Origin: Candidatus Bathyarchaeota archaeon
GTDB lineage: Archaea; Thermoproteota; Bathyarchaeia; Bathyarchaeales; Bathycorpusculaceae
DNA length: 64,000 nt
Direction: 5' to 3'
NCBI GenBank assembly: GCA_963715865.1
Contig: OY970280.1
Span: 1,120,001-1,184,000 of the forward strand
Made by a program: the position numbers and the translations under genes. Shown here piece by piece: positions 28,127 through 38,220 of this stretch. The notes under the pieces are model-generated. The model was not told the origin of the DNA. It made no database searches and was given only the letters and a program-made list of their open reading frames with translations. Positions within the stretch are counted from its first letter, which is position 1. Every line of letters begins with the position of its first letter.

Positions 28127-28939
28127 CTAAAGAAGCGGAATGATTAACAAACCAGTGATTAATCCACCTGCTAACCCTAACATGATTGGAAAAGGCAAGC
28201 CTGGAAAGATTCCTTTCCTCTCAAGCATAAAAAAAGTTATGACAGAGCCTACTAAGATGCCGATTACTGACATTATGTATGGTAGAATGTTAGGTAAGAA
28301 GGTGAAGAGCATGACTCCAGTCAGCATGGAGTAGAATACTAAGTCGCCTAGTCCCATCTGAATATCTTTAAATGCGAAAGTCAAGCCCTGAAGCTCGTCG
28401 AGTCCTGTCTGAGCAATTTTTCCCACTGGACCACGATAAACCGCAATTACGTCGTATACTGCTAGAAAGGCGAGAATTAGCACTGCGCTGTATAATGGAA
28501 TTGAGAAGCCGAAGAAAATGCCCAGTGCACCGCCTACGCAGATTACAGCCGTGTTTCGCGCGATGCTACCTAAACGGAAAATGACAAGGTCAAACAATAT
28601 TGTAATGGCTATGGACAGGGGTATTACTAGGATGCCCCAGCTTGGAAAATAGGCGAAGACCGCGGACAAGTAAATCATCGACAACAACAAGGATGCAGTC
28701 GTCATAGCAACAGTGATTATTCCTTTGATGATTCTTTTGCTTCTCCGCTTAATCAAAATATAAAACACTGTCGCGGCTACAGCCAAAAGAATGACAAAGT
28801 AAAAAGCGTTGCCAAACGGTCCTGAAGGAGTATTCTCAGGGAAAGGCGTTACAGGAATAACCTCTGGTTGCTGAGGCAACAGCAAGTAAGCACAGCCTAA
28901 ACCGAAAATTAAGCTTGCCAGTATCGGAACCAAATACAC
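28127..28939 (-). CDS. Presenilin/signal-peptide-peptidase-like intramembrane aspartyl protease (GxGD)
   Basis: Multi-TM protein with AVYD, MGLGD and PGL (PAL-like) motifs. Confidence 0.88.
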   Translation of the reverse strand: MYLVPILASLIFGLGCAYLLLPQQPEVIPVTPFPENTPSGPFGNAFYFVILLAVAATVFYILIKRRSKRIIKGIITVAMTTASLLLSMIYLSAVFAYFPSWGILVIPLSIAITILFDLVIFRLGSIARNTAVICVGGALGIFFGFSIPLYSAVLILAFLAVYDVIAVYRGPVGKIAQTGLDELQGLTFAFKDIQMGLGDLVFYSMLTGVMLFTFLPNILPYIMSVIGILVGSVITFFMLERKGIFPGLPFPIMLGLAGGLITGLLIIPLL

Positions 28940-28978
28940 TATCTGAAATTTGAATTTATCTTGCTCAGTTACAGTTCC

Positions 28979-29530
28979 TCACCCTAAATTGCTAATAGCT
29001 AATGCCGCTTGCAAATAACATTGGCCACAGAATAAGCTTTGTTTTCTGTCCGTGTCAAAAATCGAGTTAGAAAAATGCATAATACACAAAGACCTCGGAC
29101 AATGCTGCAAACTCAACGTGTGTCCCAACTCATGAACAGCCTCCTTCAACGTCCTCAACGTTAAAACAGCCGAACCAGCGTTTTCACCGTAAAATTCAGG
29201 TTTAAGCCTCCACAACGAAATCAAAGCAACCCTGCCTGGAGCATACGCTTCACCAAACACATAATTCAATCCAGACGCAAAAATGTCAACATCAACCACA
29301 CCCAAAACCCGATGGTACTCTTCACTTTTAGCCGCGAAAGCCCTGATTTCGTTAAGAATCACACTTGAATTGTACTGGTTACGTTTTTTATCAAAAGATA
29401 GCTGAGGAACAGGCAAAACCTCCTTAATAACCGAACAAGCGGTATCAGGAAAAGTTTTAACCAAACCCTGCTGAAGCCCAGCCAACACCTCTGAATCTAC
29501 GTGCCCAACAGGCAAAATACCAATCTTCAT
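28979..29530 (-). CDS. amzA: Archaemetzincin Zn-dependent metalloprotease
   Basis: HELGHTLSLQHC...CIMHFS...D.K...FCGQC (HExxHxxGxxH variant plus Cys4 site). Confidence 0.9.
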   Translation of the reverse strand: MKIGILPVGHVDSEVLAGLQQGLVKTFPDTACSVIKEVLPVPQLSFDKKRNQYNSSVILNEIRAFAAKSEEYHRVLGVVDVDIFASGLNYVFGEAYAPGRVALISLWRLKPEFYGENAGSAVLTLRTLKEAVHELGHTLSLQHCPRSLCIMHFSNSIFDTDRKQSLFCGQCYLQAALAISNLG

Positions 29531-29539
29531 AGCAACAGC

Positions 29540-30796
29540 CTAAATTTGATAGGTTTCTCCAGTCCTCGGCGCCACAGCATCCAATCCCAACTCAGTTTTC
29601 GCCCAATTCGCAAAAAGCTCACAATTACCCTCGGCACCGTGAACAACGAAAACTTTAGGTTTACCCCCAAGCCGCCGCAACCCTTCTTTGAGCTGACTTG
29701 CTCCACAATGAGAAGAGAAATCAAAATGCCGATACTGCGCCTTAATCTTACGCACTTTCCCATCAATCGTACAGATACCCTTCTCCAACAACTGTTTCCC
29801 AGGCGTCCCAGGAATCTGATAACTAACCAAAAAGACCGCATTACTCGCCTTCTTACCTACTTTAGAAATATAAAACGCTGCAGGACCACCCTTCAACATA
29901 CCCGCAGGCGAAATAATCACGCCAGGAGACTTCAACGCTCTTCGTCGGTCTCGCCAGCCATCAACCCAATCCAGCGAGTGCATGGCATTCACAAAAAGCC
30001 TCGGATCCCTAAGGAACTCTTTGTAGTTCATTATTATTCTGCTAGCTTCCCGAGCCATCCCATCCAAAACAACAGGGTACTCAAAATGATTCGCTGCCAA
30101 AACACAAGCCATCTCCTGCGCGCGACCCACACCGAACGCTGGCACCAGAACAGTCCCACCATGCTCTACTATCTCAGTCGCAGCCTCAACAAAACTCCTC
30201 TCAAGCTCGGGCCGCAAAGTATGATCCTCACTCGCATAAGTGCTCTCTGTCACAACTGCATCTAAATCTCCATAATCCATCGAGGCGCCCGTTAACAATT
30301 TACTGTCTTCCATGTTGTAGTCGCCAGTATAAAGAATCTTCTTGCCATCCGCCTCAATCAGCACCTGAGCGCTCCCAGGCGTATGACCAGCATCAAACAG
30401 TTTAACCTTCATGTCCCCGATGGTTTCTTCAACGCCGTAATCCAAATGCCTATTATTATGCATCATAGCATCAAGCTCAAGATACTCAAAAGGCAAATAA
30501 TAACCAGACAAATGAATAAAATCCTGAATAAGAATCTGCGTCAATTCCAAATTAAGCTTGTTCGTATACAACGGTTTCTTATCGTTAATATAAAAGATTG
30601 GTATGGCGCCTGAATGGTCAAGGTGACTGTGAGTTAAAATTACCGCATCAACTTCTTTCGGCGGAACATGCATCGGAAAACCCGGTTCATGGTCAAGCAT
30701 GACACCGTAATCTAACACAACCTTACTTTTCTCAGATTTAACAGTTATACCAATTCGGCCAACTTCTCTGGCTCCACCTAAAAATCCAACCTGCAA
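29540..30796 (-). CDS. MBL-fold beta-CASP ribonuclease (aCPSF2-like)
   Basis: LTHSHLDHSG, AGHTPGSA, YTGD, ESTY, PAFGVGRAQE, FSSH and VHG motifs. Confidence 0.9.
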   Translation of the reverse strand: MQVGFLGGAREVGRIGITVKSEKSKVVLDYGVMLDHEPGFPMHVPPKEVDAVILTHSHLDHSGAIPIFYINDKKPLYTNKLNLELTQILIQDFIHLSGYYLPFEYLELDAMMHNNRHLDYGVEETIGDMKVKLFDAGHTPGSAQVLIEADGKKILYTGDYNMEDSKLLTGASMDYGDLDAVVTESTYASEDHTLRPELERSFVEAATEIVEHGGTVLVPAFGVGRAQEMACVLAANHFEYPVVLDGMAREASRIIMNYKEFLRDPRLFVNAMHSLDWVDGWRDRRRALKSPGVIISPAGMLKGGPAAFYISKVGKKASNAVFLVSYQIPGTPGKQLLEKGICTIDGKVRKIKAQYRHFDFSSHCGASQLKEGLRRLGGKPKVFVVHGAEGNCELFANWAKTELGLDAVAPRTGETYQI

Positions 30797-30849
30797 TCAG
30801 ACCAATCCTTGTTGTTAACAGTTAACGATTAAAAAGGAACTATGCTGTT

Positions 30850-31455
30850 TTAAAAACGTATTGACCCTCTCGTCACCTGAGCAGACAAAGAACCCTTCTT
30901 AATCGCCTTCAAAATCTCATCAACATCCAAAGAAGCATCAACCCGCGAGTAAACACTAAACAACTCAGACAACTGATGCGCATCGCTACCCGCTGTCCCA
31001 GGCAAACCCATACTCTTAGCAAGCTCCCTTGCCTGATTATTCGCCGCTGCCGTGGACCCGCCATTCAGAACCTCAATAGCATCAACTTTGTAGTTTCTTG
31101 CTAAATCGCCCATGCCATACTCACGATAAGGATGCGCCACAATAGAAACTCCGCCTATGCTTTTTGCGTAATCAACGAGAACTTCAGGCGTCCATGGCCT
31201 TGGCGGCAACTCGCAGGTACCCAAAATCACCATATCGCCATGCTGCGTGCTAATTTCAACACCTGGAATAACCAAAATGTCAGGGTAAGCCGAAGCCAAC
31301 TCAACCGTAGCCTTGCATCCTCTTACGCTGTCATGATCCGTCACGGCTGCAACCTTAATAAAACTGTGCGCTACAAGCTGGTCAACGAGAGTTTTTGGTT
31401 GAATAACGGAGTCCGAAGAATAAACCGTGTGAATATGTAAGTCAGCTTGAATCAA
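30850..31455 (-). CDS. PHP domain protein
   Basis: DLHIHTVYSSD, TDHD, PGVEIS, AHPY and GSDAH motifs. Confidence 0.9.
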   Translation of the reverse strand: MIQADLHIHTVYSSDSVIQPKTLVDQLVAHSFIKVAAVTDHDSVRGCKATVELASAYPDILVIPGVEISTQHGDMVILGTCELPPRPWTPEVLVDYAKSIGGVSIVAHPYREYGMGDLARNYKVDAIEVLNGGSTAAANNQARELAKSMGLPGTAGSDAHQLSELFSVYSRVDASLDVDEILKAIKKGSLSAQVTRGSIRF

Positions 31456-31457
31456 TG

Positions 31458-33083
31458 TTATTCGCTCAACTGTTTCCGCAAAATGTTCTCTAAACGACTT
31501 AAAATCTCTTTGCTTCCTTCCACACTAGCATCAACAGAATCAAACGCTAAACCCTTCGCTTTGCAGGCTGACTTGCATGCTTTTTCAACAGTGTTTTTCC
31601 AAAGTTTAGCATCGTTAAGCAAAACAACACTTGCATATGCCGTTCGCTTGATGTATTCACGGGTTTGGCTCGCGACGTAATTCACGGTTTCCAAGTCAAG
31701 CGGCAAAGTAGCCTCATGCTGGCTCAGCGGATAAACCTCATCAAGCTCCAGCGGAATAACGCCGAATGGAGCAGCGTAGACGCAGATGTGGATTTTCGAT
31801 GAAAGCTGTTCGCCTAAACTGCGGAAAAGTTGCCTTATCTTCTTAAACTCAGGAGCTTTATGAAACGGCTTATTTCGGGTTTGCGGCATAAGAAAAAGAA
31901 CTTTCGCATTATTTGGCGGGTCATATCGTTCGTTTAATCGTTTCCGGTAATGAGTGATTTCTGGACGCGCCAGCCCAACTGGGTCGAAATAGAAGAATCC
32001 GCTGCTTTTCACCGTTGGACTAAACTTTTCGAGGAAATCGGCGTGGCTTCGTAGTTTTTTGAGTGCTGAAAGCAACGCTGGATGACCATGAACTCGCATT
32101 TCCGTGTGCTCCCACAACCTGCCTTCCCTTATGGCTTGCTTTATGCGTTTTAACTCCGCTACGCAAACGTAAAGGTTGTGCTCAGCCAAGAAAACTTCGC
32201 GTTCTTTTTTCGCTTTCCTTTCCAGTCCCCTCGGCGTTTCAGATGCGCATCTGGGGCAACTGCATGGGAAATAATCCAGCTCCTCAAGCCGCCACGTACC
32301 GTTCTCAGTCATGTAACGGTTTTCTCGAGCGTACAAGGCGTAAGCGGCTGAATCGAAAAGGTCGCATCCCAGCGCCACTGCCAACGAGAACATGGCTGGG
32401 TGCCCCGCACCAAACAGATGCAGCGGACGCTCGAGGGGTAAGCCTTTTTTCGCTGTCAGTATCATGTCAGCTAAAACGTCGTAGCGGTAGCTTTCCATCA
32501 CTTCAGTTGGGCTTCCAAGCGCGTGGATTTGGAAGGGCAGCTTTCCCATTTCAACCGCTGAGTTAGCGACGAGGTCAAGGTGTCTTCCGCCTTGCACTGG
32601 CCCCACCCACAAGATGTCGTCTCGCGTTTTGGTTTTGAAAAAGTCTTTTGCTCTCCGCAGGGTTTCAGCCACGGTTTTTTCGGCTTGTTCTTTGGTTACT
32701 TTCCAGCCTGTTGGAATATCAAGCATGGTGGCGATGTCGCTGCCGATGCCTTCTTGGTAGGCCACGATTTCTTTTTGGCTAACATCCACCTCGCCGTAAA
32801 CGAGGATTTGGTAGGCTCCTGAATCAGTCATCACGGCGCCATCGAAATCAAGAAATTTATGCAAGCCCTCATCTATTGGCTTGTTTTGGTAGCGTTTTTT
32901 TAGTATGTAAGCGTTAGTTATGATTGCTTCAAAACCGAACGTTTCCTTGAGCTTTCTCGGCGGAACAGGCTGAATGCTGGGGTTAATTACTGGGAATAAG
33001 AGTGGAGTTTCCACTGTTCCGCTTTTAGTTTTTAGTTTGCCTATTCTGCCTAGTAGGTCTTTTTCTTTTATTTCGAAACTCAA
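31458..33083 (-). CDS. tgtA: Archaeosine tRNA-guanine(15) transglycosylase
   Basis: ETPLLFPVIN, MTDSGAYQIL, PVQGG, HLFGAGHP and GCDLFDSAAY motifs; Zn site CSCPRC...H. Confidence 0.93.
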   Translation of the reverse strand: MSFEIKEKDLLGRIGKLKTKSGTVETPLLFPVINPSIQPVPPRKLKETFGFEAIITNAYILKKRYQNKPIDEGLHKFLDFDGAVMTDSGAYQILVYGEVDVSQKEIVAYQEGIGSDIATMLDIPTGWKVTKEQAEKTVAETLRRAKDFFKTKTRDDILWVGPVQGGRHLDLVANSAVEMGKLPFQIHALGSPTEVMESYRYDVLADMILTAKKGLPLERPLHLFGAGHPAMFSLAVALGCDLFDSAAYALYARENRYMTENGTWRLEELDYFPCSCPRCASETPRGLERKAKKEREVFLAEHNLYVCVAELKRIKQAIREGRLWEHTEMRVHGHPALLSALKKLRSHADFLEKFSPTVKSSGFFYFDPVGLARPEITHYRKRLNERYDPPNNAKVLFLMPQTRNKPFHKAPEFKKIRQLFRSLGEQLSSKIHICVYAAPFGVIPLELDEVYPLSQHEATLPLDLETVNYVASQTREYIKRTAYASVVLLNDAKLWKNTVEKACKSACKAKGLAFDSVDASVEGSKEILSRLENILRKQLSE

Positions 33084-33250
33084 CGCTGAAGCCTAAACAA
33101 GAATCGTTACTCGCTTATAAAAAAGATAAGGTAAATTTTTTTAAATCAAAAACATTCTTGTCAGCTCGCAAGTGAAACGCGATTGCCATTTGGATTAGAC
33201 ATCCTTATATCGCATAATTTGTCTAATACCGAGAAGAGAGATGCGAAAAC

Positions 33251-34003
33251 ATGGTTTGCTCAATAGACATAAGCGAAAAACCAAAACTAAACGACCCAAT
33301 CCTAATTGAAGGGTTGCCCGGCATAGGGTTTGTAGCTAATATTGCAGCGTTACATTTGATAAAAGAGTTAAAAGCTAAACGGTTCGTCCAAATATTTTCC
33401 TCGTCATTTCAGGATTTTGCAGTAACAACCGAAAATGGTGGAACGCTTTCGCCTATAAATGAACTCTATTATGCTAAGCGAGAGGATGGTGGACGCGACT
33501 TGATTATTTGGTATGGGAACACTCAGGCGCTGACAACTGTTGGGCAATACGAGCTATGCGGCAAAGTGCTTGATTTAGCGCAGGAGCTTGGCTGCCGCTT
33601 AGTAATATCTATCGGCGGCTTCAAAAAAGACGAAGCTCAACCTGTACCAGCAATTTACAGCACAGCCACGGATTTGGACACAATGAAAGAGGCGCTTGAT
33701 TTAGGAACTAAAGTGATGGTTGGACATGTTTTTGGCATTGCTGGTTTATCCATTGGATTAGCAAGGATTAGAGATTTGAAGGGTTTCTCTCTTTTGGTAG
33801 ATACGCCGGGAATGAATCCTGACGTGAACGCTGCGCGGTTCGCATTGACTACAGTTGGTAAATACTTGAACCTTAACATTGACTTATCAAAACTTGAAGC
33901 CAGCAGTGGCGAGATTAAGAAAATTTTAGAATCCTTTGGCATTATTAGAAGCATAACAGAAGAAAAGAAGAAAGAGGAAGAACAACTGCGCTGGTTTATT
34001 TAG
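33251..34003 (+). CDS. PAC2 family proteasome assembly chaperone-like protein
   Basis: LIEGLPGIGFVANIA start, GNTQA and ISIGG motifs. Confidence 0.88.
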   Translation: MVCSIDISEKPKLNDPILIEGLPGIGFVANIAALHLIKELKAKRFVQIFSSSFQDFAVTTENGGTLSPINELYYAKREDGGRDLIIWYGNTQALTTVGQYELCGKVLDLAQELGCRLVISIGGFKKDEAQPVPAIYSTATDLDTMKEALDLGTKVMVGHVFGIAGLSIGLARIRDLKGFSLLVDTPGMNPDVNAARFALTTVGKYLNLNIDLSKLEASSGEIKKILESFGIIRSITEEKKKEEEQLRWFI

Positions 34004-34422
34004 GGTTTAACTTCGCTCATGAATTGTTCGTATACTTTTTGCACTCGGTCGGCAGCTGGACCTGAGCCTTCAACAACGCCTTTTTCTGTTAATTTCACTT
34101 TGTCCATGACCCAGATGAAGCCCTTGTCTTCGTATAGTTTAACCATGGTTGGGAAGACTTTTTCAAGTCTTGAGGCTAAGGCTTTGAGGTCGAAGGGTTT
34201 TTCTGCGCTTGATATTTGAGCAACCACGTTCCCGTTTAAGAATACTCGGTGAAGTAAGTTTCCAGATTCGTCTTTTGCATCGGCTATGCAAAGACTCATA
34301 TTGTCAGGGTTAATGCCGATGAGTGTACCTTTGAATGTTTTTCCAGTAGTTGTCACTACAGACACGGTTTTATCTGCTAACGCCGCGATTTCAGTGAAAT
34401 ACTTTCTTTGCACTACAGACAA
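34000..34422 (-). CDS. Lsm/Sm-like protein with C-terminal extension (SmAP3-like)
   Basis: Sm fold (GKTFKGTLIGINPDNMSLCIADA) plus a C-terminal domain. TTG 34422 follows AGGAG. Confidence 0.85.
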   Translation of the reverse strand: MSVVQRKYFTEIAALADKTVSVVTTTGKTFKGTLIGINPDNMSLCIADAKDESGNLLHRVFLNGNVVAQISSAEKPFDLKALASRLEKVFPTMVKLYEDKGFIWVMDKVKLTEKGVVEGSGPAADRVQKVYEQFMSEVKP

Positions 34423-34662
34423 GTTTATTTCTCCTTTAAAGTAACGAGATTGCACTACCACTATTTATCTTTGATTTATATAGCATACTAGAAAACGGTC
34501 GGCGGCTTGATTTTTCATGCGACAGCTTTGAAAATTGGTTGCTATCTGCACTTTAGTTGGTAATTGCTAATCTGCAAGTTCAAAGTTTATTAGGCTTTAA
34601 GTCATAGTGCTCTTTCGCAAAAGTAATATTCTTAGTAAGAAATAGTATTGTTGCTGGTTTAA

Positions 34663-35082
34663 ATGCCCGTTAACGTGAGCCAAATTAAGCAGAGGATAAC
34701 TGAAGTTTTAGATGCAAAGGCAGAGTTAAATAGGTTGACTTTAAAGCCTTACGCTGAACTGAACGTGGAAGAGAAATACGCCATCAGGTACCACATCATA
34801 GTCATTGCAGAAGCTTTGGGAAGCGTATGCCTGCACATAGCTAAAGAAGACCTTCAACAAGAACCTTTATCGTACTCTGAATGCTTTAGACTTCTCGATG
34901 AAGAAGGCATAAGTGACAACTGTGCCAAAGAGTTAACTGTATTAGTGAGGCTTAGGAACTTACTAACCCACCGATACTGGATAATAGATGATAGTCAAGT
35001 TTACAACTCAATTAAAAACGACTTTAAAAGCGTCAATAAATTTTTAAAGAGTGTGCAGGAAAAATATGCAATCGACTTATGA
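34663..35082 (+). CDS. hepT: HepT-like HEPN ribonuclease toxin (DUF86)
   Basis: RNLLTHRY is an Rx4HxY motif; overlaps a downstream MNT gene. Confidence 0.85.
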   Translation: MPVNVSQIKQRITEVLDAKAELNRLTLKPYAELNVEEKYAIRYHIIVIAEALGSVCLHIAKEDLQQEPLSYSECFRLLDEEGISDNCAKELTVLVRLRNLLTHRYWIIDDSQVYNSIKNDFKSVNKFLKSVQEKYAIDL

Positions 35083-35416
35083 CAGAATACAGTATTACAG
35101 GATAGGGCAGAAAGAAAAGGAAGGCATTATCAGGAAACTTAAGGCTTTACTTGCCAAGGAGAACCAAGTTAAGCTTGCTTGGCTTTTTGGTAGCTTTTGC
35201 CGGCGAGACAGTATAAGAGACATAGACTTAGCCATCCACTCGGAACCAGAACTTTCTTTCAAAGAACTCCTTAACTTAAACGCGCAAATAGAGCTGGAGT
35301 TGAGCTTGCCTGTGGATATGGTAGAGATAGCGAGAGTTCCCAAAGTTCTTAAAGAAAAAATTTACACAAGCGGCGTTCTCATTAAGGGAACCAAAAAGGC
35401 TCCAGCATTAGGTTAA
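35066..35416 (+). CDS. mntA: Minimal nucleotidyltransferase antitoxin (MntA-like)
   Basis: WLFGSFCRRDSIRDIDLAI (GS...DxD) and VDMV motifs. Confidence 0.85.
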   Translation: MQSTYDRIQYYRIGQKEKEGIIRKLKALLAKENQVKLAWLFGSFCRRDSIRDIDLAIHSEPELSFKELLNLNAQIELELSLPVDMVEIARVPKVLKEKIYTSGVLIKGTKKAPALG

Positions 35417-35503
35417 AAGGAAAATCGCGCAAGCTTCAATTTTTCAACGCTTCACAGGGGTATGCGTTTTTGGGCTATTTTTATACAGAACAACTAAACG
35501 TTT

Positions 35504-36784
35504 TCAGGTTTTCTTTTCTTGTATTTCGCAGTTCTGCTTAAGGAACGCAACCGAGTTTGCAGGCAAATCGCGCTCAACCATTAAGTTTGGTCCCACCCAA
35601 CTGTTTACGCCTACCTTTACTCCGGGCATAAACAGCGACTTAATCCCTGTTTTCACGTTGTCGCCAAGGACAGCGCCGAGTTTTCTTCTGCCAGTATCAA
35701 CCAGCTGGTCTTTTACCATCATTTTGATTGGCCCAGCGTCTAAACGGTAATTAGCCGTGACGGTACCCGCGCCCAGGTTGCAGTGCTCGCCAAGGATGCT
35801 GTCGCCAACGTAAGACAAGTGCCCCACATGCGTGTAATCCATGATGATGCTGTTTTTGATTTCGCAAGCGTTGCCTACACGCACTTTTCTGCCTAAACTC
35901 GTGCCCGCTCGAATGTAACAGTTAGGTCCCACATCGCATTCTTCGTCGATAAAGCAGGGTCCTTCAATGTAGGCGCCTGAGCGGATGCGTGCTGATTCTG
36001 CAACTGAAACTGGACCGATAAGGTGGGCTCCTTGCTCTATCGTGCCTAAAAGTTGGTGCTCAATGCGTTTTAAAGCCCAATTGTTAGCATCCAGCAAATC
36101 CCAAGGCCTCCCCACGTCAAACCAGTCATCCTTCGAAATCTCGGCAGCCAAAACCGTTTTGCCTTCTTTAGCCAACAACGTTACGGCATCGGTGAGCTCC
36201 CATTCATTGCGGACGGAAGCTTTTGTTTGCTTTATTTTATTAAAAATCTCACGGGAAAACACGTACACTCCTGCATTAGCCAAGTTTGACGGCGCTTTCC
36301 CAGTAGCAGGCTTCTCCACGATGCGCTTAACCTTTTTCTCCTTGTCTAACTCGATTATTCCGTAGCTTTCAGGCTTCTCCACGGGCACGACACCCATGAC
36401 GGCAGCGGTTTTTCCGCGCTTGTACGACTGCAAGACGTTTTTTACGGCGTCTGGACCGAACAATAAATCTCCGTAAACAAGAATAAAATCATCGTCAACA
36501 TAGGGTTCAGCCACGCTGGCGGCGTTTCCTGTGCCAAGCGCTGCTTTTTGCTCAACATAAATGATGCGTAAGCCAAGTTTTTCGCCGTCTCCGAAGTATT
36601 GGTGAATCGCGTCACCCATGTAATGCGTAACAATTATTGCCTCGGTTATTCCAGCGTTTTTTACCGCTTCCAAGCAGAACTGCAAGATTGGTTTTCCGCC
36701 AACCTTAATCAAATGCTTAGGACGCGTCGCCGTTATCGGCAAAAGCCTAACGCCTTCCCCAGCCGCTAACAATACAGCCTTCAT
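35504..36784 (-). CDS. glmU: Bifunctional sugar-1-phosphate nucleotidyltransferase/acetyltransferase (archaeal GlmU-like)
   Basis: LAAGEGVRLLP..RPK N-terminal domain plus hexapeptide left-handed beta-helix; follows glmM. Confidence 0.88.
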   Translation of the reverse strand: MKAVLLAAGEGVRLLPITATRPKHLIKVGGKPILQFCLEAVKNAGITEAIIVTHYMGDAIHQYFGDGEKLGLRIIYVEQKAALGTGNAASVAEPYVDDDFILVYGDLLFGPDAVKNVLQSYKRGKTAAVMGVVPVEKPESYGIIELDKEKKVKRIVEKPATGKAPSNLANAGVYVFSREIFNKIKQTKASVRNEWELTDAVTLLAKEGKTVLAAEISKDDWFDVGRPWDLLDANNWALKRIEHQLLGTIEQGAHLIGPVSVAESARIRSGAYIEGPCFIDEECDVGPNCYIRAGTSLGRKVRVGNACEIKNSIIMDYTHVGHLSYVGDSILGEHCNLGAGTVTANYRLDAGPIKMMVKDQLVDTGRRKLGAVLGDNVKTGIKSLFMPGVKVGVNSWVGPNLMVERDLPANSVAFLKQNCEIQEKKT

Positions 36785-38146
36785 TTCATTTCAGCCTCAA
36801 TTTGCTTCTTTATTAGTGCTGTTGCCTTTTCGGTTATATCATTTGCCACTGCTAATGATTCTCCTTCAACAGTTAAGCGGATAAGCGGTTCCGTTCCAGA
36901 AGCCCTAACCAGCAACCAACCGTCTTTTAGCGCTAACCGGACGCCGTCAACCGTGGAGAAATCAGTGTAATCTGGAAACGCCGTTTTTAGGGTAGCCCCA
37001 ATTTTTGCCACCGCCTTGTACTTTAACTCCTTTTTGCAAGTAACGTTTTCCCGCAGCGTAATGTACTCGGGAACCGCACCGACAAACTCAGATACACTTT
37101 TGCCTTCATCTTCCAAAGCTTTCAAGAACAACGCTGCAGACAACGGCCCATCAGGACAATAATGAAGCTGCGGATGCACCCAAGCGCCGCATGGCTCCCC
37201 TCCGAAAACAGCACCCGACGCGCTTGATGGCTTCTGAAATGTAAATGTCCCCAACTTTAGAGCGAATGACTCTGCCGCCCTGCGTTTGCGCCATCGTTTC
37301 AACACACATTGACGCTTCAACATTTGTTACCACTGTTCCACCGCCACTCCGCTTAAGCGCATAAGCAGCATACGCAGCCAGTGAACGGTCAAAGTTGACA
37401 AAAGCGCCTTTCTCATCTATGAAGGCTACACGGTCGCCATCGCCATCAAAAGCAATGCCTGCATCAGCGCCAAGCGTTTTGACAACCTTTGCCAAATCCT
37501 TGAGCGATTCAGCGGTCGGCTCAGATTTTCGGGCTGGGAAATACCCGTCTGGGTGAGCGTTAAGAGCAGTTACCTTGCAGCCCATGGCTTTCAACATTGC
37601 AGGGGCCACGTCGAAGGTGGCGCCGCATCCTGGATCAACAACAATCTGCCATCGCTTGCGGAGTGCAACAGCTTTCAGCGCCATTTCCATGTAAACTTGG
37701 CTTGCATCGATGGGGGTGGTTTTGCCGAGGCTGCGCCAATCTGCCAACGCAAAAGTCTCCTCAGCCACTTTTTTCTCCACTGCGTTTTGGTCCTCGTCGG
37801 TATAAGATAAGCTATCGCCATTGAAGACTTTTATTCCGTTATACTGTGGTGGATTATGCGAGGCAGTAAGCATGAATCCTGCATCCGCCCCAAACGCTTT
37901 AGTGGCATAAGCTAGAGCAGGCGTGGGAACTATGCCAGCCAAAAGAACTTCGGTGCCACTTGATAGCAAACCAGAAACCAAGGCATCCTCAAGCATGCTG
38001 CCGCTAACTCGCGTGTCACGGGCTACAACTGCTTTTTTGGCTTTTGCATATGTAGCCACCGCTAAACCAACCTTGCAAGCTAGCAATGGTGTTAAGTCAA
38101 CGTTTGCTAAGCCTCTTACGCCTGAGCTTCCAAACAGTTTAGCCAT
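36781..38146 (-). CDS. glmM: Phosphoglucosamine mutase, frameshifted (one extra base at about 37214-37221)
   Basis: LFGSSGVRG, TASHNP and FDGDGDR in one frame; GGEPCG and VRASGTEP in the next. Span is 3n+1. Confidence 0.9.
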
Positions 38147-38220
38147 CTGTGCCCACTCTTGACAGGTAATCGTTACTGCATGGTTAAGGATAGTTGCTTA
38201 AAATAATTTGGCTACAAGCC

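Noticed and set aside
29501-30265. 254-aa plus-strand ORF
   Set aside because: Antisense shadow of the beta-CASP ribonuclease gene.
32063-32822. 167-aa and 80-aa plus-strand ORFs
   Set aside because: Antisense shadows of tgtA.
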